DNA of 64,000 nt from Clostridiales bacterium (GTDB lineage Bacteria; Bacillota; Clostridia; Christensenellales; Borkfalkiaceae), in contig SVHP01000001.1 in assembly GCA_015055735.1 (NCBI GenBank), forward strand, positions 10,506 through 74,505, given 5' to 3'. The notes under the pieces are model-generated. The model made no database searches and was not told where the DNA came from. It was given only the letters and a program-made list of their open reading frames with translations. Position 1 is the stretch's first letter; each line of letters opens with the position of its first letter. A program made the position numbers and the translations under genes. Shown here piece after piece: positions 34,998 to 45,137 of the stretch.

Positions 34998-37424
34998 TTA
35001 GTTTTCAAACACTTTGAATACCTTTTCAGGAGCACGCTTTTTGTTTTCGTTCTTTAAGGTTTTGCCCTTTGTAGTTCTACCTTCTATTGAAATGGTTTCG
35101 GTGTTTTCGGTAAACGCCACGCCGAAAGTATCGATTATTGCTATATCGAACGGTTCTTTAACGTAGCAAGCAAACACTACTTTACTGTTCTTACCTAGTT
35201 CTACTATTTTAACGCCCTTTCTATTTCTTGCAAGTGGTTCTATCTCGGTAGTTATAACTCGCTTATAGAAACCAGCGTCAGTCACTATTAAGAACTCGCC
35301 TTCATCATCAATTTGTGAAACGAACACGATTTCGTCGCCCTTGTTTATATTGAGCCCCTTAACGCCACCAGCAACCCTACCTTGAACAGGAAGGTCGTCT
35401 TTTTGAGCGTTTAAGGACATACCGTTCTTGGTAACGAAGGCAATAGTTGTATCAGGTAAATCTTGTTCTACTGCGATAAGCTCGTCCCCGTCTTTGAGTT
35501 TTATTGCTTGATAATATGGTTTAATCAAGTTATATTCAGCCCACTCGGTCTTTTTAATCAAGCCGTCTTTGGTAAAGAACAACAAATGTCCGTCAGGAAG
35601 TTTATCTTCGTCAACTGCAAAGAAAGCGATAGGATATTCGTTTCTAGCCACTTCTTTTGCAACTGCGTTAAACTTATGCCCTTTATCACGATATCTACAC
35701 TCAGGGGCAATTTCCATATCGATCTTACAGCAATTACCGAGGTTGGTAAACGCAATAAGCTTTTGGTCGGTACGAGCCTTAATCTTAAACTTAATAAACT
35801 CGTCGCTAGAAGTGTTAGACTTAACCGACTTATCGCTCATCTTAAAATTCTTTTCGGTCATTTTCTTAAAAGTCTTACCTTCGGTAAAGGCAACTACGAA
35901 ATCGTCAATTTGTTTAAGTTCCTTTTCTACGCTTTGGATATCGACCTCTTTTCCAGCGACGATTATATTACTTCTTCTATCTTCGCCGTACTTTTTCTTA
36001 ATTTGAGTAAGCTCGGTCTTAACCACTTCCATTTGTCTTGCTTTGCTTGCAATAATTTCGGTTAATTCCTTAATCTTCTTTTGAAGTTCAGCAAGTTCTT
36101 CTTCGAGTTTATAAACTTCGAGTTTAGTAAGTCTTGCAAGTCTTAAATCTAAAATTGCAGTTGCTTGAACTTCGGTTAGCGAAAATCTTTGTCTTAATTT
36201 AGCCCTAGCGTCAGCCGTGTTTTCGGCATTTTTGATAATCTTAATAACTTCGTCAATATTCTTTACTGCGATTATCAAGCCTTCTAAAATATGCGCTCTT
36301 TCCTTTGCTCTATCAAGTTCAAACTTACATCTTCTAAGTATTACTTCACGTTGATAATTTACGTAGTAACTAATAATTTCTAGCAAGCCTAATTGACAAG
36401 GCTTGCCGTTGGCAATAGCCACCATATTGATACCGAAACTCGTTTCCAAATCGGTATTTTTATATAAGTAATTCAATATTGCAGTGGCGTCGGCATCTTT
36501 TCTCAATTTAATCAATGCGCGCATACCGTTTCTATCCGATTCGTCAACGACGTCGGCAATACCAGCCAAATACTCTTTCTTTTCTTCTTTCATATCGGCG
36601 ATCTTCTTTAATAAGTTCGCCTTATTCACTTGATAAGGAAGTTCGGAAATAACTAAATTTTGTTTATCCCCACTTTCCTTTTCGATATTTACGCGCGCTT
36701 TAATCTTAATCTTACCACGCCCCGTCTTATACGCTTCTTCAAGTTCTTCGCCGGCAACTATATATCCACCCGTTGGAAAATCAGGCGCTTTAACAAACTT
36801 CATCATTTCCTTTAATGAAATCTTAGGGTTATCAATGTATGCAATAGTACCGTTAATGACTTCTACTAAGTTATGTGGTGGAATATTTGTTGCAAGCCCT
36901 ACTGCAATACCAGTTGCACCGTTGACCAAAAGGTTAGGATAACGACCAGGAAGAGTATCAGGCTCTTCTTGAGTATCGTCAAAGTTTAGACTGAACTTTA
37001 CGGTATCTTTATCTATATCTTTAAGTAGTTCTAACGCCAAAGGCTCGAGCCTTGCTTCGGTATACCTATAAGCAGCAGCCGAGTCGCCGTCAATCGTACC
37101 GAAGTTACCTTGTCCGTCGATAAGAGGCATACGCATATTAAAATCTTGCGCCAAATGCACGATTGCGCCGTAAACCGAACTATCGCCGTGTGGGTGGTAT
37201 TTACCCAAAACTTCACCGACGATTTTGGCGCACTTTTTATGTGGTTTATCGTTGGTTAAACCCATTTCGTACATAGCGTAAAGAATACGCCTTTGAACGG
37301 GTTTTAGTCCGTCTTCAACTCTAGGCAAAGCACGGTCTAAAATAACGTTTTCCGCATACGGAATCATGGAATTTTTTAGCACTTCGTCGAGCGACGAGAA
37401 AATTATACCCTTTTCGTTTTCCAT
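34998..37424 (-). CDS. parC: Type IIA topoisomerase subunit A (ParC-like; a GyrA paralog is not excluded)
   Basis: [21 protein letters not shown] and the catalytic AAAYRYTE tyrosine region. I saw no GyrA-box (QRRGGKG-like) in the C-terminal domain. Confidence 0.8.
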   Translation of the reverse strand: MENEKGIIFSSLDEVLKNSMIPYAENVILDRALPRVEDGLKPVQRRILYAMYEMGLTNDKPHKKCAKIVGEVLGKYHPHGDSSVYGAIVHLAQDFNMRMPLIDGQGNFGTIDGDSAAAYRYTEARLEPLALELLKDIDKDTVKFSLNFDDTQEEPDTLPGRYPNLLVNGATGIAVGLATNIPPHNLVEVINGTIAYIDNPKISLKEMMKFVKAPDFPTGGYIVAGEELEEAYKTGRGKIKIKARVNIEKESGDKQNLVISELPYQVNKANLLKKIADMKEEKKEYLAGIADVVDESDRNGMRALIKLRKDADATAILNYLYKNTDLETSFGINMVAIANGKPCQLGLLEIISYYVNYQREVILRRCKFELDRAKERAHILEGLIIAVKNIDEVIKIIKNAENTADARAKLRQRFSLTEVQATAILDLRLARLTKLEVYKLEEELAELQKKIKELTEIIASKARQMEVVKTELTQIKKKYGEDRRSNIIVAGKEVDIQSVEKELKQIDDFVVAFTEGKTFKKMTEKNFKMSDKSVKSNTSSDEFIKFKIKARTDQKLIAFTNLGNCCKIDMEIAPECRYRDKGHKFNAVAKEVARNEYPIAFFAVDEDKLPDGHLLFFTKDGLIKKTEWAEYNLIKPYYQAIKLKDGDELIAVEQDLPDTTIAFVTKNGMSLNAQKDDLPVQGRVAGGVKGLNINKGDEIVFVSQIDDEGEFLIVTDAGFYKRVITTEIEPLARNRKGVKIVELGKNSKVVFACYVKEPFDIAIIDTFGVAFTENTETISIEGRTTKGKTLKNENKKRAPEKVFKVFEN

Positions 37425-37435
37425 ACTCTACCCCC

Positions 37436-39388
37436 TTAAACCTTTTTAATCTTTGCAAATTTATCTTCTTTATTGAAATTTGCGTGTTCAAAAATATATT
37501 TTTTTCTTTCGCCGACTTCATCGCCCATTAAAACGGTGATAAGTTTATCGGCTTCAGCAGCGTCCTCAATAGTCACTTGCATAAGCGAACGCGACTGTGG
37601 ATTCATGGTCGTTTCCCAAAGTTGAGAAGGGTTCATTTCGCCAAGCCCCTTATATCTTTGGATAGAATAGCCTCTACCCACTTTAGCGATTTTTTCTTGA
37701 AGTTCCTTTTCGTCGTAAGCGTACTCTTCAACGCTACCCTTATGCACCTTATAGAGTGGTGGCATACCGATATAGACGTGCCCTGCGTTTATTAGTTCAC
37801 GCATATATCTAAAGAAGAAGGTTAAAAGAATCGCCCTAATATGCGCACCGTCTTGGTCGGCATCGGAAAGGATAATAACCTTGTGATATTTTAAGTCGTC
37901 TAACTCAAAATCCGAGCCAATACCCGTACCTAATGCGCTAATAATCGTTCTTATTTCTTCATTTTGTAAAATTTGGTCTAACTTTTTCTTTTCCACGTTA
38001 AGTGGTTTACCCCTTAACGGAAGTATGGCTTGATACTGGCGCATTCTAGCCTGTTTTGCGCTACCACCAGCCGAATCGCCTTCGACTATAAACAGTTCGT
38101 TAAGCTCGGCTTTTCTACCCGAACAAGCCGCCAACTTACCGACCAAATTTTGTACTTCAATGCTCTTTGACGCTCTTGCAATCTCTTTAGCCTTTTTAGC
38201 GGCAAGCCTAACCTTTGCTGCCCCTAAAGCCTTGTTGATTATGGTGTCGAAAACCTTTACTAGTTTTTTGTTCTTCATTAAAAGCGAAAGTTCGCTAACC
38301 GTCACGCCTTCTACCGCAGGGCGTGCTTCGGGATTGCCAAGCTTAGTTTTGGTTTGCCCTTCAAACTGAACGTTTTGCATTTTTATAGATATGATTGCAG
38401 TCAAACCTTCCTTAAAATCGTCGCCGAGCAAGTTATCGTCTTTTTCTTTTAGGATATTTCTTTCCCTTGCGTAATCGTTAAGCGAACGAGTTAGTCCTGA
38501 CCTAAATCCCGTTTCGTGCATACCGCCTTCGCCCGTTGGAATATTGTTTACGTACGAACAAACGCTGTCGGTGTAAGCGTCGGTGTGCTGAATAGCAATC
38601 TCAACGGCAATATTATCACGAGTTGCGCTAAAGTATAACGGATCGCCGTAAAGCGAAGACTTGCCTTCGTTTAAGTATTTAACGAAATCGACGATACCAC
38701 CGTCAAATTTATAAGTGCGACTAAAATCGGTGTTCTCGTCATAAAACTTAATTTCTAACCCCTTGTTTAAGAACGCCAATTCTTTTAGCCTTTTTAGTAT
38801 GGTTTCTACCGAAAACTCAACCGTTTCAAAAACTCTCTTGTCGGGTAAAAATCTAATGAACGAGCCTTTTTTAGTGGTCTTTACTTTGGTATCCTTTAAC
38901 GGCGCTTTAGGTACGCCCGATTTAACTTTCCCCGTTTCTTCATCAAGATAACTACTAAATTCCATTTGATAAACGGTGTTTTTATAAACTTCTACTTTTA
39001 GCCACTCTGAAAGCGCGTTAGTAACCGATGCGCCAACCCCGTGTAACCCACCCGAGAAATTATAATTATCCGAGTCAAACTTACCCCCTGCGTGAAGTTG
39101 CGTAAATACAACTTCTACACCAGAAACGCCAGCTTTAGAGTGAATATCGGTAGGAATGCCCCTACCATTATCTTCAACCGATGCGCTACCGTCTTTGTAT
39201 AGTTTAACTTCTATCTTGTTAGCGTAGCCGTTTGCCGCTTCGTCAATAGCGTTATCCACTATTTCCCAAAGTATGTGATGTAACCCCTTAACCCCCGTAG
39301 TACCAATATACATACCAGGACGAAGTCTAACAGCATCTAACCCTTCTAAAATCTTAATATCTTCTGCTTTATAACTAACTTTAGCCAT
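37436..39388 (-). CDS. parE: Type IIA topoisomerase subunit B (ParE-like; a GyrB paralog is not excluded)
   Basis: GHKL ATPase motifs (LEGLDAVRLRPGMYIG, EIVDNAIDEA), Toprim EGDSAGG, PL.GK. Adjacent to the A subunit. Confidence 0.8.
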   Translation of the reverse strand: MAKVSYKAEDIKILEGLDAVRLRPGMYIGTTGVKGLHHILWEIVDNAIDEAANGYANKIEVKLYKDGSASVEDNGRGIPTDIHSKAGVSGVEVVFTQLHAGGKFDSDNYNFSGGLHGVGASVTNALSEWLKVEVYKNTVYQMEFSSYLDEETGKVKSGVPKAPLKDTKVKTTKKGSFIRFLPDKRVFETVEFSVETILKRLKELAFLNKGLEIKFYDENTDFSRTYKFDGGIVDFVKYLNEGKSSLYGDPLYFSATRDNIAVEIAIQHTDAYTDSVCSYVNNIPTGEGGMHETGFRSGLTRSLNDYARERNILKEKDDNLLGDDFKEGLTAIISIKMQNVQFEGQTKTKLGNPEARPAVEGVTVSELSLLMKNKKLVKVFDTIINKALGAAKVRLAAKKAKEIARASKSIEVQNLVGKLAACSGRKAELNELFIVEGDSAGGSAKQARMRQYQAILPLRGKPLNVEKKKLDQILQNEEIRTIISALGTGIGSDFELDDLKYHKVIILSDADQDGAHIRAILLTFFFRYMRELINAGHVYIGMPPLYKVHKGSVEEYAYDEKELQEKIAKVGRGYSIQRYKGLGEMNPSQLWETTMNPQSRSLMQVTIEDAAEADKLITVLMGDEVGERKKYIFEHANFNKEDKFAKIKKV

Positions 39389-39497
39389 TGTATCTCCCCA
39401 AATAATATGCCATTATAATATTATTTTACTATATATTGTGTTTTTTTTCAAGTCATAATCACAATTTTTTTAGTTTATTAGAAAAAAATATATAAAA

Positions 39498-39552
39498 AAC
39501 CTTTTGGCAATAACAGTATGTTTGTTGTTATTTATAAAAATTCCAAAAGGTT
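39498..39552 (-). terminator. Long hairpin terminator after the methyltransferase gene
   Basis: AACCTTTTGG (39498-39507) pairs with CCAAAAGGTT (39543-39552). An inner AATAACA/TGTTATT stem is also present. Confidence 0.5.
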
Positions 39553-39570
39553 TAAATAAAATAAATATAT

Positions 39571-40488
39571 TTAGTTTTTATTAGGGTTGCTGTTTCGTTC
39601 CCAAAACACGCCGTCCGAATAGCCTTGTATAGATTTATCACTCTCGGCGTCTTTAAGGCGTTTTTCGCCCCAAGCGCAATAGAGTGGATTTTGTTCTATA
39701 TTGATATAGTTTCTAGATAGTTTTTTAGCAACCACGCCCGTAGTACCACTGCCTGCAAAGGGGTCTAGCACTAAATCGCCTTGATTAGAACTTGCAAGGA
39801 TAAGTTTTGCAATAAGTTTTTCGGGTTTTTGGGTTGGGTGCGCAGTATTTTCTGCCATTGACCAATAAGGAATAGCAATATCGTCCCAAAAGTTAGACGG
39901 GCAAGTTAGCCTAAACTTTCCGTCCTTAGTTTCTTGCCAATCTTTAGGCTCTCCGTCCTTTTTATAAGGTGCTAAAACCTTTCTTTTTTGCTTAACTGCG
40001 TCCAAATTAAAGGTATAATCATCGCTAACGGTAGCAAAGAAAATATCTTCCATACAGTTTTTCCAATTAGCCTTTGCGCCACGCCCTTTTTCTCTTTGCC
40101 AAGTGATTCTGTTTCTTAAAACAAAGTGTTTATCGATAATCTCGCCTATAACTAGCGCGCTTTTCCAATCGCAACAAACGTAAAGGCTTGCAGTATCTTT
40201 TAATTTGTCTTTAATTGCAGTTATCCACTTTTCGGTATAATCGGCGTACTCTTTAAGCCCAAGTTTTTTAAAGTTTGAGCCGTGAAAGTTTTTATCCAAG
40301 TTATAAGGTGGGTCAACCACGAGTAAGTCTATCGACTTATCCTTAATTTTTTTCAAGACGCTAAAACTATCGCCAAGCACGGTACAGTTTATGTGCTCGC
40401 AATAATCTTGTTCTTTTATGCAGTTATCTAAATAAACTTTACCTTCATTTAGGTCAAAGTCTATGGTTTTATTTCTAGTTGATTTCAT
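39571..40488 (-). CDS. Site-specific DNA methyltransferase, beta class (N6-adenine or N4-cytosine); no restriction partner seen
   Basis: Motif IV VVDPPYN comes before motif I DPFAGSGTTGVVA, which is the beta-class order. Also HPTQKPEKL. Confidence 0.85.
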   Translation of the reverse strand: MKSTRNKTIDFDLNEGKVYLDNCIKEQDYCEHINCTVLGDSFSVLKKIKDKSIDLLVVDPPYNLDKNFHGSNFKKLGLKEYADYTEKWITAIKDKLKDTASLYVCCDWKSALVIGEIIDKHFVLRNRITWQREKGRGAKANWKNCMEDIFFATVSDDYTFNLDAVKQKRKVLAPYKKDGEPKDWQETKDGKFRLTCPSNFWDDIAIPYWSMAENTAHPTQKPEKLIAKLILASSNQGDLVLDPFAGSGTTGVVAKKLSRNYINIEQNPLYCAWGEKRLKDAESDKSIQGYSDGVFWERNSNPNKN

Positions 40489-40490
40489 AA

Positions 40491-41957
40491 TTATTTATTA
40501 TAAAGTTTAATCCACGCATCTAATTTATTCATAAGGTCGTTATTATCGGTAGTTTTCTTAAGCATATCTAGCAAACTATCCGTGCAGTCGTTTCGCTCTT
40601 GCAAGATTTTGCGTAGTTTATACACGGTTGAAAGTTCCTTTTCGTTTAGTAAAAGTTCTTCCTTTCTAGTTCCCGACTTATAGATATCGATAGCAGGGAA
40701 CACTCGTCTTTCGCTTAGTTCTCTCGACAAGTGAATTTCCATATTACCAGTACCTTTAAACTCTTCGTAAATAACGTCGTCCATTCTACTACCCGTATCT
40801 ATTAAAGCCGTCGATAGAATAGTTAAACTTCCCCCTTCTTCAATGTTTCTCGCAGCACCGAAAAAGCGTTTTGGGCCTTGTAAAGCAATAGGGTCTAACC
40901 CACCAGAGAGCGTCTTTCCCGAACTTTCCACCACCGAATTATACGCCCTTGCAAGTCGAGTTATAGAGTCCATTAAGATAACAACGTTTTGCCCCACTTC
41001 GACCAATCTTTTAGCCCTATTGATAACCAATTCCGAAGCACGAACGTGATGCTCTGCACTCTCGTCAAATGTCGAGAAAACCACTTCTCCCTTAACGCTT
41101 CTTTTGATATCGGTCACTTCTTCAGGGCGTTCGTCGATTAAGAGCATAATGAGTTTTACGTCCTTATAGTTTGATTCAATCGATTCGGCAATGAGTTTTA
41201 AGAGCGTTGTCTTTCCCGTTTTTGGTGGAGCGACTATTAAACCCCTTTGCCCCATACCTAACGGACAAAATAAATCTATAAGCCTAATTGACAAATTATT
41301 TTGCGAGTTTTGATTTTCAAGCTTGAGCCTTTGGGTTGGATAGTAAGGAATCAAATCGTCAAAATTATTTCTTCTTAAAAATACTTCAGGGTCTAAATCG
41401 TTGATTGCGACCACTTCTTGTAAGGCAGGCGAATCGCCTTCTCTAACGATTTTAGCAGTGGCTTTAACCTTGTCGCCACGGCGTAAGTTATACTTTCTAA
41501 TATTTGCGCTAGAAACGTAAATATCTTCGTTCGAATTTTCGTAGTTATTAGCCCTTAAAAAGCCATAGCCTTGACTATGTTGTTCTAAAACGCCCTCAAT
41601 GGTAAACTCTTCTGTTCTAGGTTTACTGTCGCTAAAATAGGTATGCAAAACTTCACTACCTTCGTACGAGCATTCGCCCGTCATGTCAGGCTGTTCATAC
41701 TCTTGGTTTTCTTGTTCTTTTTTATAAAACTCCGAAACGTCAATAGTGATTTTAGGTGGTGCGCCACGTTTACTTATAGGGATAGGCTTAATCTTGTTTT
41801 GTTGAATAGCCATAATCTCGGTTATAAGTTGATTTTTCTTTTTGCCTGCAGGCGCTTTTACGCCTATTTGCCTACCAATTTCACGCAATTTAGAAAAATG
41901 TAGTTGGTCTAAAACTTCTTTTGTAAAAATAATAAATTCACTCATATTAACACCCAT
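40491..41957 (-). CDS. rho: Transcription termination factor Rho (with an N-terminal insertion)
   Basis: OB/RNA-binding region GYGFLR...DIYVS..IR...LR.GD, Walker A APPKTGKTTLL, and the Q and R loops. The start is ambiguous: ATG 41957 or ATG 41945. Confidence 0.9.
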   Translation of the reverse strand: MGVNMSEFIIFTKEVLDQLHFSKLREIGRQIGVKAPAGKKKNQLITEIMAIQQNKIKPIPISKRGAPPKITIDVSEFYKKEQENQEYEQPDMTGECSYEGSEVLHTYFSDSKPRTEEFTIEGVLEQHSQGYGFLRANNYENSNEDIYVSSANIRKYNLRRGDKVKATAKIVREGDSPALQEVVAINDLDPEVFLRRNNFDDLIPYYPTQRLKLENQNSQNNLSIRLIDLFCPLGMGQRGLIVAPPKTGKTTLLKLIAESIESNYKDVKLIMLLIDERPEEVTDIKRSVKGEVVFSTFDESAEHHVRASELVINRAKRLVEVGQNVVILMDSITRLARAYNSVVESSGKTLSGGLDPIALQGPKRFFGAARNIEEGGSLTILSTALIDTGSRMDDVIYEEFKGTGNMEIHLSRELSERRVFPAIDIYKSGTRKEELLLNEKELSTVYKLRKILQERNDCTDSLLDMLKKTTDNNDLMNKLDAWIKLYNK

Positions 41958-41958
41958 T

Positions 41959-43155
41959 TTACTCACCTTTAATAGATTTTGCCGACACGATACCACTAAC
42001 GAAAGCAAACGTTAAGTTATATCCACCACAATCGCCGTCTACGTCCAATATTTCACCCACCATATAAAGTCCTTTAACAATCTTACTTTGATAGGTTTTA
42101 GCGTCTATTTTGTCCGTCTTAATACCACCACGAGTCACTTGTGCATAAGAAAAATCAAGAGAACCTAAAACGTTAAGTCTAAAATTCTTAATCGCATACG
42201 CAATATCTGACGGCTTTGTTGATTTTGCACTTTTTAACACTTGTTGTCCGATTTTTTTATTTAATACCGAAGACAACAGTTCTTCTTGACTTATATACGG
42301 TTTACTTTGTCTTTCTCTAATAATATCTTCTACTTGAGAACGGGATAAATTAGGCAAGAATTCCACGATTAAATACGCTCCTTCTTTATCGGCAACACTT
42401 GCCGATAAAGAAAAGATTGCCGACCCTGACACGCCGTAATCGGTAAACAGCAAATCGCCTTCAGCCGTCATCAATAGTTTGTCTTTCGAGTAGGACGATA
42501 CCTTAGCCCTTTCTTTTAAGCCTTTAAGTCCCTTTATTTGATTAGTTTGAGTTTTTAGTTGAACTAACGACGGATAAAGCGCTGTCTTTTTATGCCCAAA
42601 TTTTTCAACTAACGAGTAAGCACTACCGTCCGTTCCAAAATGTTTACCAGCGCTTCCACCTGCGCTGACAACGACCGTTTTTGCTAGGTATTTTTCCGTT
42701 CCCACGTAAACTTCAAAAAGGTCGTTATTCTTTGATATTTTATCCACCTTTTTGCTCGTTAATATTTGGCAATTTTTATACGCCAAAAACGCCCTTAACA
42801 AATCTAAAACAGCGCTTGCCTGCTTAGATAAGGGGTAGGTTTTTCCGTCGCTACCACTCGTTTGATATATACCTAAATCAGCCAAATACTTTTTTAGGTT
42901 AATTTGTTTTTCTAACTCTATAAACTGGTCGATAAAAGCCTTGTCGCCATAATAAAAATTTGCGCCAAAGTTTTGGTTCATAAGGTTGCCTTGTCCGTTG
43001 CCCGTTGCGATAAGTTTTTTACCAACTCTATCGTTGCGCTCTAAAATAAGCACGTCTTCACCTTTAAAATGGTTATCGCCACTTAAGAGTTCAACAGCGC
43101 AAAGCAAGCCACTAGCCCCACCGCCAATGATTATACTATTATATATTTTTTGCAA
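41959..43155 (-). CDS. HI0933/BaiN-like FAD-dependent flavoprotein
   Basis: N-terminal IIIGGGASGL dinucleotide motif, TGNGQGNL, and C-terminal GGYNL motifs. Confidence 0.75.
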   Translation of the reverse strand: MQKIYNSIIIGGGASGLLCAVELLSGDNHFKGEDVLILERNDRVGKKLIATGNGQGNLMNQNFGANFYYGDKAFIDQFIELEKQINLKKYLADLGIYQTSGSDGKTYPLSKQASAVLDLLRAFLAYKNCQILTSKKVDKISKNNDLFEVYVGTEKYLAKTVVVSAGGSAGKHFGTDGSAYSLVEKFGHKKTALYPSLVQLKTQTNQIKGLKGLKERAKVSSYSKDKLLMTAEGDLLFTDYGVSGSAIFSLSASVADKEGAYLIVEFLPNLSRSQVEDIIRERQSKPYISQEELLSSVLNKKIGQQVLKSAKSTKPSDIAYAIKNFRLNVLGSLDFSYAQVTRGGIKTDKIDAKTYQSKIVKGLYMVGEILDVDGDCGGYNLTFAFVSGIVSAKSIKGE

Positions 43156-43286
43156 TTTTATTCTCCTTGCAAATAGTTTTTAATTAAATGGATAAAAAAT
43201 GATAATAAAAAATTTTAAGAAATTTATAGTAAAGCTATAAATATTTTGAAAAAAATATAAGAAACAAAAATAAAAAAAGAATTTTC

Positions 43287-43319
43287 GGTTGGGATTACTA
43301 TTATATTATAATCCCAACC
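43287..43319 (-). terminator. Intrinsic terminator after argS
   Basis: GGTTGGGATTA pairs with TAATCCCAACC. On the minus strand it is followed by GAAAATTCTTTTTTT. Confidence 0.65.
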
Positions 43320-43330
43320 AAAACAAATTA

Positions 43331-45013
43331 TTACATTTCGTCGACAGTTTGTATGCCGAGTAATGTCAATGCGTTAGTTAAAGTGATTTTAACAGCTTTA
43401 CAAAGCGCAACTCTAAAGTTCTTAACGCTTTGTTCAGCAGTGGCGATTTTACATTCCATATAGAACTTATTAAACGCCGTTGCCAAATCGATAGCATATC
43501 TAGTGACAAAAGACGGCTCGTATTTTTCGCCAGCAGCCTTAACCACGTCCTTAAACCTACCAAGTTCTGAAATTACTGCGTATTCGCTTGCAGTCATATC
43601 GAACTTATCGAATTTACCAACTTCGCCACTCTTTGCAATAACGCCGTTACAACGAGCAATGGTGTATTGAACGTAAGGACAAGTCTCCCCTTCAAAACTT
43701 AAAACCCTATCGTAACTGAACACTATATCCTTAATTTTGTTGTTGCAAAGTGCACCGAAAATAACAGCGCCCGTACCAACAGCCTTTGCGATCTTATCCT
43801 TATCTTTAAGGTTAGGGTTTTTCTCTTCTATAACGGCGTAAGCCTTTTCAATAGTCTTATTGATAACGTCTTCAAGAAGAACGACGTTTCCCGAACGGGT
43901 ACTCATTGACCCACTTTCTAGGCTTACCATACCGTAAGCGACGTGAACCATATCCTTCGCCCAGTCCTTACCCATCAATTCTAACACCTTAAAAAATTGT
44001 TTGAAATGTAAATTTTGTTGATAAGCAACAACGTATAAGCACTTATAAAAATCGTAAGTATTCTTTCTATAAACGGCAGCAGCAATATCTCTCGTTGCGT
44101 ACAAAGTCGAACCGTCCGACTTTAATATCAAGCAAGGTGGCATGTCGTGTTCTTCCAAATCGACGATAGATGCACCGTCCGAAACTTTCAATAAGTTTTT
44201 CTCTTTTAATTCGTCAACGATAGGCGCCATTTTGTCGTTATAAAAACTTTCGCCCGCATAACTATCAAACTCAACGTTCAAGAGTTTATAAATCTTGTCT
44301 ACTTCTTCTAAAGTAATTCTCTTAAACATCTCAAATAGAACGTTACTTTCTTTATCGCCATCTTCAATCAACTTAAAGTAATGCCTTGCCTCATCGTCCA
44401 TCTCCGGGTGAAGTTTTGCTTCATCGTGATATTTTACGTAAATTCTAGTTAATTCGCTAAGCCTTCCCTTTTCAACTTGTTCAATGCTACTCCATTTTTT
44501 GAAAGCGACGATAAGTTTACCAAATTGCGTACCATAATCGCCAAGGTGATTTATTCCCACTACTTTGTAGCCTAAAAATCTAAAGATTTTACACAATGCG
44601 CTACCGATAACGGTAGTGCTTAAATGCCCAATATGGAAGGGCTTCGCAATATTTATAGACGAGTAGTCTATACAAATAGTTTTATTCTCGCCTATATCCG
44701 AAGAACCGTATCTATCTCCCGAACAAATAATTTCATCTAGCAACGAACTAGCAAAACCCTGTCTATTTATCTTAAAATTCAAATAACCGTTAACAGCAGA
44801 ACATTCGGTAATAAACTCGTCGGTAACAAAATTATTTTTCAAGTCTTCTGCAATTTGAATAGGCGAACGGCGCAATAACTTACTCAACTTAAAGCAAGGT
44901 AAAGCGTAATCACCCATATCAAAATTAGGTGGTAATTCGATATACGAATAAATTTCTTGTTGTGATAAACCGTCAATATTAAGTTTTTGTGCAATAATTT
45001 TCTTGTAATCCAT
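43331..45013 (-). CDS. argS: Arginine--tRNA ligase
   Basis: Class I HIGH variant (KPFHIGHL), MSTRSG (KMSKS-like), and the typical C-terminal DALR anticodon-binding domain. 560 aa. Confidence 0.93.
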   Translation of the reverse strand: MDYKKIIAQKLNIDGLSQQEIYSYIELPPNFDMGDYALPCFKLSKLLRRSPIQIAEDLKNNFVTDEFITECSAVNGYLNFKINRQGFASSLLDEIICSGDRYGSSDIGENKTICIDYSSINIAKPFHIGHLSTTVIGSALCKIFRFLGYKVVGINHLGDYGTQFGKLIVAFKKWSSIEQVEKGRLSELTRIYVKYHDEAKLHPEMDDEARHYFKLIEDGDKESNVLFEMFKRITLEEVDKIYKLLNVEFDSYAGESFYNDKMAPIVDELKEKNLLKVSDGASIVDLEEHDMPPCLILKSDGSTLYATRDIAAAVYRKNTYDFYKCLYVVAYQQNLHFKQFFKVLELMGKDWAKDMVHVAYGMVSLESGSMSTRSGNVVLLEDVINKTIEKAYAVIEEKNPNLKDKDKIAKAVGTGAVIFGALCNNKIKDIVFSYDRVLSFEGETCPYVQYTIARCNGVIAKSGEVGKFDKFDMTASEYAVISELGRFKDVVKAAGEKYEPSFVTRYAIDLATAFNKFYMECKIATAEQSVKNFRVALCKAVKITLTNALTLLGIQTVDEM

Positions 45014-45075
45014 AATAAAACTTCCTTTCCTTTATAATAATACCATATAATTTACAAAAAAAGCAACCTAAAAAC

Positions 45076-45104
45076 TTGTAATTTTCTTGAATTTAGATTA
45101 TAAT
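45076..45104 (+). promoter_or_regulatory. Candidate ychF promoter, TTGTAA-17-TATAAT
   Basis: TTGTAA (45076-45081), a 17-nt spacer, TATAAT (45099-45104). An ordinary 33-nt leader with GGAG RBS follows. Confidence 0.5.
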
Positions 45105-45137
45105 TGTTAGGTCAAAAGAAAATTTCGGAGAAAGAAT

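Noticed and set aside
45014-45137. T-box leader upstream of argS
   Set aside because: Only 124 bp is shared with the divergent ychF promoter. There is no specifier loop, T-box sequence or terminator/antiterminator pair.
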